Position numbers and translations under genes: made by a program
Assembly: GCA_966424055.1 (NCBI GenBank)
Contig: CBJLMB010000013.1
Coordinates: 38,562-102,561, forward strand
Origin: an uncultured Deminuibacter sp.
Lineage (GTDB): Bacteria; Bacteroidota; Bacteroidia; Chitinophagales; Chitinophagaceae
Direction of reading: 5' to 3'
Length of the DNA stretch: 64,000 nucleotides
Notes under the pieces: model-generated
Database searches by the model: none
What the model saw: the letters and a program-made list of their open reading frames with translations, nothing else
Told to the model about the DNA's origin: nothing
Shown: one piece after another, positions 58,947 to 64,000 of the stretch
Position numbering within the stretch: position 1 is the first letter of the stretch
How the letters are laid out: the number at the start of each line of letters is the position of its first letter

Positions 58947-59996
58947 ATGATCCGTTTTGTTATACGTAAACTGCTGTATGGGCTGCTGGTACTGGCGGGC
59001 GTAGTGGTACTGGTATTTTTCCTGTTCCAGGGTTTCGGCGATCCGGCCAGGCTGGTGCTGGGACAAACAGGCGATAGCGCCACTATCCGCAATATCCGCC
59101 AGGAGCTGGCGCTGGATCAGCCCAAATGGAAGCAGTTCCTGCTTTACCTCAACGATGTGTCTCCTGTAGCCATACATAGCCGGGAAGAAATACAACAGAA
59201 ACAGCTGAAGGGCATTTTCATCGGCGGGCAAACCAGGCTGGCACTGAAACTGCCCTACCTGCGCCGGTCGTACCAAACCAAGAAAAATGTATCGGAAGTG
59301 TTGATGGATGCGCTGCCTGCCACCATTGTTCTGGCGGTGGCTGCCATGCTGCTGGCTACCGCACTGGGTATATTGCTGGGGGTGCTGGCCGCCGTAAAAC
59401 AGGGCACCTGGCTGGATACATCTTCTATTTTTGCCAGCGTACTGGGTATTTCTGCGCCCTCTTTTTTTACAGGTATTGTACTGGCTTATGTATTTGGCTT
59501 TGTGTTCAGCAATTATACCGGGCTGCATATGACCGGCAGCCTGCTGGCAGTGGATGCTTTCACCGGCAGTCACCTGCAACTGAAAAACCTGGTACTGCCA
59601 GCCATTACACTGGGCATCAGGCCGCTGGCGGTAATTGTACAGCTTACCCGCAGCGCCATGCTGGATGTGCTGGACCAGGATTATATCCGCACGGCTTTTG
59701 CCAAAGGACTTAACAGGCGGCGGGTGGTGTTCGGTCATGCCCTGCGCAACGCATTGAACCCGGTGATCACGGCTGTTACCGGCTGGTTTGCCGAACTGCT
59801 GGCCGGTGCTTTTTTCGTAGAATATATTTTTGGCTGGAATGGCATAGGCCGGCTCACAGTAGATGCACTGGAAAAATTGGATTTTCCTGTAGTAATGGGT
59901 AGTGTTTTAATTACCGCGGCATGCTTTATTGTTGTAAATTTACTGGCGGATATATTATACAGTATCATCGATCCGAGAATCAGCATGAATGGATAA
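58947..59996 (+). CDS. ABC transporter permease (DppB/OppB-type binding-protein-dependent inner-membrane component)
   Basis: N-terminus MIRFVIRKLLYGLLVLAGVVVLVFFLF… and the EAA-like loop region (…LDQDYIRTAFAKGLNRRRVVFGHALRNAL…) are typical of DppB/OppB permeases. Confidence 0.85.
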   Translation: MIRFVIRKLLYGLLVLAGVVVLVFFLFQGFGDPARLVLGQTGDSATIRNIRQELALDQPKWKQFLLYLNDVSPVAIHSREEIQQKQLKGIFIGGQTRLALKLPYLRRSYQTKKNVSEVLMDALPATIVLAVAAMLLATALGILLGVLAAVKQGTWLDTSSIFASVLGISAPSFFTGIVLAYVFGFVFSNYTGLHMTGSLLAVDAFTGSHLQLKNLVLPAITLGIRPLAVIVQLTRSAMLDVLDQDYIRTAFAKGLNRRRVVFGHALRNALNPVITAVTGWFAELLAGAFFVEYIFGWNGIGRLTVDALEKLDFPVVMGSVLITAACFIVVNLLADILYSIIDPRISMNG

Positions 59997-60105
59997 TGTG
60001 ATCTGTTCTGAAACATTATCCCGACCCTTCGCATATGATTTCACTGTTTGCCTTGTTGAAATTGATTACCGGTATTTCATTTCCAGTACGGTTTAAACAT
60101 TTTGT

Positions 60106-60573
60106 ATGCGCACCATATCAGCCATTCTTGCGGCCAAAGGCCCCGCGTTCAATGCTATCGATGCCAGTGCTACTGTACTGGATGCATTGAGTTTAATGCA
60201 ATGCGAAAATCTGAACTATGTTGTTGTTACCCGTGGCGGCAGGTACGCCGGGCTGCTCACCGAAACGGATTATGCCCGTAAGGTGATATTGATGAACCGG
60301 CATTCACATAATACACGTATTGCCGAAATTATGACCAGCGACCTGCCCTGTGTATCAGGTGCAGATTCTGCCAGTCATGCCCTGTTGCTGATGAACCTTT
60401 ACCAGACACGTTATCTGCCCGTGCTCGACGAGTTTGAATTCAGGGGTATTATCGCCATCAACGACCTGATGCAGGATGTGTTGCAGGACAAAGAAGCCGC
60501 CGCTGCAGGTGCAGCGGAACCTGTACTGCCGCAGTGGGATAGTAAGGTAAGAAGGCGGCACCAGATCCATTGA
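60106..60573 (+). CDS. CBS domain-pair protein (paralog of 33783-34214)
   Basis: …YVVVTRGGRYAGLLTETDYARKVILMNR… and …TRYLPVLDEFEFRGIIAINDLMQ…. Shares the TE(R/T)DY(S/A)RKVILM motif with the other CBS protein. Confidence 0.8.
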   Translation: MRTISAILAAKGPAFNAIDASATVLDALSLMQCENLNYVVVTRGGRYAGLLTETDYARKVILMNRHSHNTRIAEIMTSDLPCVSGADSASHALLLMNLYQTRYLPVLDEFEFRGIIAINDLMQDVLQDKEAAAAGAAEPVLPQWDSKVRRRHQIH

Positions 60574-60705
60574 GCCGGCATACCTGCACAGAATGGTTAT
60601 AACGGTTAGCGAAACAGTAGTTGGAATAATGTATTGTAAAAAAACGCAGCCAGAGGCTGCAAACATAAATATCACCCACAGGAGCGGGCGATGAGCTGTG
60701 CTGTA

Positions 60706-60987
60706 TTATTGAATCACCACTTCCCTGATCACCTGTTCGCCCATCACTTCATTCACTCTTTCGATGATCTTTTTTTTCTGGTACAATAGTTCCTGTTTCA
60801 GCGGACCTACATGGGTTTGAATAAAAAGGGTGTGATTGATGATCTTGATCGAATCAGTATACTTGGCAATGGTTTTACCCATGATCTGTTCCCACAGCTC
60901 TTCTATCTGAAGGGCACGGATGCCGTTTTTCAGATGGCTTTTATTGAGAAAGTTTTTGATCGCATCACCGATACTGAGTTCTGCCAT
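60706..60987 (-). CDS. DUF721 domain-containing protein (DciA-like), divergent from recF
   Basis: 93 aa. MAELSIGDAIKNFL…IEELWEQIMGKTIAKYTDSIKIINHTLFIQTHVGPLKQELLY…. This is a typical recF-adjacent DUF721 protein. Confidence 0.75.
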   Translation of the reverse strand: MAELSIGDAIKNFLNKSHLKNGIRALQIEELWEQIMGKTIAKYTDSIKIINHTLFIQTHVGPLKQELLYQKKKIIERVNEVMGEQVIREVVIQ

Positions 60988-61019
60988 GGGGTAAAGGTAG
61001 GAAATAGTGTTGATGTATG

Positions 61020-61285
61020 ATGTGGTGTATGAAGGCTGTTTCCATGTACGATGTACGATGTGGGATGCACGATGTGGGCACGAAAGTATGCCGGGACGGT
61101 TTCGTACTTATAACTTCGTAATTCGTACTTTTATAAGAGCGTTATGCAGTCGCCCGCGTCCCGCGGGTGACCATTATCACTGCAGCCTCCGGCTGCCACC
61201 CCCTAACTACTACTACCCTCAATTCCCATTCCCCAATCAACCACTCAACTACTCAACCACTCAACTAATCACTATCTTGCACCGG
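61020..61285. repeat. Degenerate short-period repeat tracts: G/T-rich (GATGTAYGATGTGGG-like, 61020-61085) and the complementary-flavour C/A-rich CAACCACTCAACTACTCAACCACTCAACTAATCACT (61238-61275)
   Basis: Read from the sequence. Similar G/T-rich tracts follow stop codons at 52095-52140 and 58820-58875. Confidence 0.5.
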
Positions 61286-62368
61286 ATGTTGCAATTCAAT
61301 CACCTGGTATTAACACAGTACCGTAATTACCTGTACCGGTCATTCAGTTTCGGCAAGCGGATCATTGGTATTTCAGGTAGCAATGGCAGTGGAAAAACCA
61401 ATTTGCTGGATGCTATCTACTACCTGTGTTTCACCCGCAGTTATTTTTCCCGGACCGATGCACAGAATGTGTACCAGGGTTTGCAGGGTATGCGCCTGGA
61501 AGCGCAGCTGGAAAAAAACGGGGAACCGGCCACGCTGGTCTGTATACTGCGGGAAAACAATAAAAAAGAACTGCATGTCAATGGGCAGGAATACAAAAAG
61601 TTCTCTGAACATATCGGCCGATATCCATGTGTGATGATCGCGCCCGATGATACAACCCTTATTGCCGGTGGCAGTGAGGAAAGGCGACGTTTTATCGACA
61701 CCCTGCTTTCACAGCTTTCACCCGGTTACCTGCAGCAGCTGATCGCCTATACGAAGATCTTTCAGCAGCGTAACAGCCTGTTGAAAGCCGCCGCAGAACA
61801 CCGCCGCCTGGATGAGGCCCTGCTGGATATACTGGATGAACAGCTCTGCGAAAAAGGCCAGTCCATTTTTGAAGAACGGAAACAGTTTGCGCAGGATTTC
61901 CTTCCACTGGTACAGGCACAATACCGGGCTATCGCCGGGAAAGATGACCAGGTGGCACTCAGCTATAGCAGCCAGCTGCAGGAGCAGTCCTTTACTGCAT
62001 TGCTGGCACAAAACCGGCAGCGCGATCTCTACCTGCAGCGAACCAGCAGCGGCATTCATAAAGACGACCTGGATATCAGCATGGGCGACCAGCTTTTTAA
62101 AACACTGGCTTCCCAGGGACAGCGCAAAAGCCTGCTGTTTGCCCTGAAACTGGCTGAATACCTTACCCTGCAACAGCACAAAGGTTTTGCCCCGCTGCTG
62201 CTGCTGGACGATGTTTTTGAAAAACTCGATGCTGACCGTATGCATAACCTGCTGCACAAAGTATGTATGGAAGAACAGGGACAGGTATTTATTACCGATA
62301 CCCACAAAGAGCGACTGGAGCAGGCGTTTAAAGCACTGGGTGCGGATTATGAGCTGATCACATTATAG
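61286..62368 (+). CDS. recF: DNA replication/repair protein RecF
   Basis: Walker A …ISGSNGSGKTNLLDAIYYL…. ABC/SMC-like signature and Walker B (…LLLLDDVFEKLD…). Start placed at MLQFNHLVLTQYRNY (61286) rather than the ORF-track 61007, which would run through the repeat tract. Confidence 0.9.
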   Translation: MLQFNHLVLTQYRNYLYRSFSFGKRIIGISGSNGSGKTNLLDAIYYLCFTRSYFSRTDAQNVYQGLQGMRLEAQLEKNGEPATLVCILRENNKKELHVNGQEYKKFSEHIGRYPCVMIAPDDTTLIAGGSEERRRFIDTLLSQLSPGYLQQLIAYTKIFQQRNSLLKAAAEHRRLDEALLDILDEQLCEKGQSIFEERKQFAQDFLPLVQAQYRAIAGKDDQVALSYSSQLQEQSFTALLAQNRQRDLYLQRTSSGIHKDDLDISMGDQLFKTLASQGQRKSLLFALKLAEYLTLQQHKGFAPLLLLDDVFEKLDADRMHNLLHKVCMEEQGQVFITDTHKERLEQAFKALGADYELITL

Positions 62369-62526
62369 CAATATACGATGAAGGTTAATGCCGGATGCAG
62401 GAATAGCGGTAATCGGGCCGGAATGGGCCAAAAAAAGGTGAAAAAAAGCGGTGGCAGGGCGATAAAATTCACAACTGCCTATTTTTAAGCATTAACCCCT
62501 ATATTTGCCCCTCAAATTTTAATACC

Positions 62527-63525
62527 GTGGCTACTACCAAGTTCTCGAAAGAAACGTATATGTACTGGTACGAGCTCATGCAGCTGATCCGCCAGTTTGA
62601 GTTAAAGGCAGAAGAAATGTATAAAATGGCAGGTAAGATCCGTGGTTTTTTCCATGCTTATGTAGGCCAGGAAGCCATAGCAGCAGGCTGTATGACGGCT
62701 ACCCGTCAGGAAGACCCGTTTATCACGGGCTACCGCGATCATGGTCTGGGTTTGGCAAAAGGGATCAGTCCCAACGCCTGTATGGCCGAATTATTTGGTA
62801 AAGCTACCGGATGTGCCAAAGGCAAGGGCGGTAGTATGCACTTCTTTAGCAAAGAGCATTATTTCTTTGGTGGTCATGGCATTGTAGGTGCACAGATTGG
62901 CACCGGTGCCGGACTGGCTTTTGCTGAACAATACCGTAATACAGATAATGTAGTGCTGTGTTTCTTTGGTGATGGTGCTGCCCGCCAGGGTTTGCTGCAC
63001 GAAACCTTTAACCTGGCCATGCTGTGGAAGCTGCCGGTTGTATTCATTTGCGAGAACAATAACTATGCAATGGGTACATCTGTAGAGAGAACTTCTAATG
63101 TACAGGATATTTATAAACTGGCTGATGCCTACGAAATGCCCGGCGATAAGGTGGATGGCATGAGCGCTGAAGCTGTACACGATGCTGTAGCCCGTGCGGT
63201 GAAAAGAGCAAGGGAAAAAGGCGGCCCCACTTTGCTGGAACTGAAAACATACCGCTATAAAGGGCATTCTATCTCTGACCCGCAGAAATACCGCACCAAA
63301 GAAGAAGTAGAAGAATACAAAGCAAAAGATCCGATACAGATGGTGCTGAAAACCATCCGTGACAACAAATTTGCAACAGATGAAGAAATCGCAGCTATCG
63401 ATGCCCGCATCAATGCAGTGGTGGAAGAATCAGTGAAATTTGCAGAGGAAAGTCCCTGGCCTGATGACAGCGAAGTGCTGAAAGATGTGTATGTTGACCA
63501 GGAATACCCGTTTATTGTTGACTAA
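62527..63525 (+). CDS. pdhA: Pyruvate dehydrogenase (acetyl-transferring) E1 component subunit alpha
   Basis: TPP-binding alpha subunit: …GFFHAYVGQEAIAAGC…YRDHG…, …GDGAARQG…ENNNYAMGT…, …YRYKGHSISDP…. Confidence 0.9.
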   Translation: MATTKFSKETYMYWYELMQLIRQFELKAEEMYKMAGKIRGFFHAYVGQEAIAAGCMTATRQEDPFITGYRDHGLGLAKGISPNACMAELFGKATGCAKGKGGSMHFFSKEHYFFGGHGIVGAQIGTGAGLAFAEQYRNTDNVVLCFFGDGAARQGLLHETFNLAMLWKLPVVFICENNNYAMGTSVERTSNVQDIYKLADAYEMPGDKVDGMSAEAVHDAVARAVKRAREKGGPTLLELKTYRYKGHSISDPQKYRTKEEVEEYKAKDPIQMVLKTIRDNKFATDEEIAAIDARINAVVEESVKFAEESPWPDDSEVLKDVYVDQEYPFIVD

Positions 63526-63570
63526 GCAGTAACCTTTAATCTCTTTTAAAATAAACATTCTATATCCATT

Positions 63571-64000
63571 ATGTCTGATAAGCATCATGTGCAGGAAGCG
63601 GAGGTAAATGAATCCCTCATCAGGGCCCAGGGCTTTTGGCAAAAATACCAGAAACCTATTGTTACAGCAGCCGTAGCAGCCGTTGTCATCATCGGCGGTT
63701 ATTTCGGTTACCAGCAATGGGTAGTAAAACCGAAAGAAGACCAGGCTGGTGAGGCTATTTCCAAAGCACAGCAGTATTTTGGTGTTGATTCGCTGCGCAA
63801 AGCCCTGGATGGTGATGGCACCAGCAAAGGTTTTGTATATGTTGCCAGGAATTATGGCAGCACCAAAATAGGCAACCTGTCTAAATATTATGCCGGTGTA
63901 TGTTACCTGCGCCTCGGCGATTTTGCCAATGCTGTTAAGTACCTGAGCGATTTTAAAACAGATGCTTTACAGGTGCAGATGATGGCATACGGCTGCCTGG
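63571..64000 (+). CDS. Hypothetical membrane-anchored protein, N-terminal part (continues beyond the window end); TPR-like
   Basis: ATG at 63571 gives MSDKHHVQEAEVNESLIRAQGFWQKYQKPIVTAAVAAVVIIGGYFGYQQWVV… (one TM helix) and then …YAGVCYLRLGDFANAVKYLSDF… (TPR-like). The frame is open to the end of the window. Confidence 0.5.
   Translation, partial: MSDKHHVQEAEVNESLIRAQGFWQKYQKPIVTAAVAAVVIIGGYFGYQQWVVKPKEDQAGEAISKAQQYFGVDSLRKALDGDGTSKGFVYVARNYGSTKIGNLSKYYAGVCYLRLGDFANAVKYLSDFKTDALQVQMMAYGCL

Noticed and set aside
61007-61285. Upstream extension of recF (ORF-track start at 61007)
   Set aside because: The extension is translated from the degenerate repeat tract (MLMYDVVYEG…PPPNYYYPQFPFPNQPLNYSTTQLIT), clearly non-genic low complexity. 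The canonical RecF N-terminus begins at 61286.

Overview
This 64-kb window looks like chromosomal DNA from a Bacteroidota genome, probably Chitinophagaceae-like. The evidence is SusC/SusD pairs, lipoprotein signal peptides, Bacteroidetes-style TAnnTTTG promoter elements and several families of genome-specific intergenic repeats.

Positions ~1-28.1 kb form a polysaccharide-utilization region. It holds a partial TonB-dependent receptor, an AraC regulator, an unknown secreted 728-aa protein, a DUF5107-TPR protein, galactose mutarotase, an MFS sugar porter and a GH95. A LacI regulator with an operator palindrome follows, then a SusC/SusD pair with GH89, GH28 and GH78 genes and a second TonB-dependent receptor.

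Positions 28.3-31.4 kb hold the most unusual module. A WYL-domain regulator is divergent from an rtcB RNA ligase gene, and rtcB is followed by a ~550-bp non-coding stretch carrying two tRNA-like fragments (T-arm, D-arm and acceptor-like stem, no anticodon arm). This is a candidate Y-RNA-like tRNA-mimic ncRNA.

The rest is mixed housekeeping and accessory genes: SPFH protein, sugar-phosphate isomerase, CBS-pair proteins, DUF1624 membrane protein, M1 and M16 peptidases, a HAD hydrolase, and a glucuronide block (GH2, unknown 738-aa protein, uxuA, GH88). After these come a UbiD-family decarboxylase, ndk, nrnA-like DHH phosphoesterase, FKBP, folP, DUF1599, DoxX, an ABC permease, a DciA-like DUF721 protein, recF, pdhA and a partial TPR-like gene.

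Several repeat structures sit in intergenic DNA. They include a 2.2-copy ~180-bp tandem array, paired ~112-bp hairpin elements (one overlapping the folP 3' end), a 33-bp perfect palindrome present twice, a long inverted repeat between convergent genes, and G/T-rich degenerate tracts. No CRISPR array, canonical tRNA, rRNA or clear transposase was seen.
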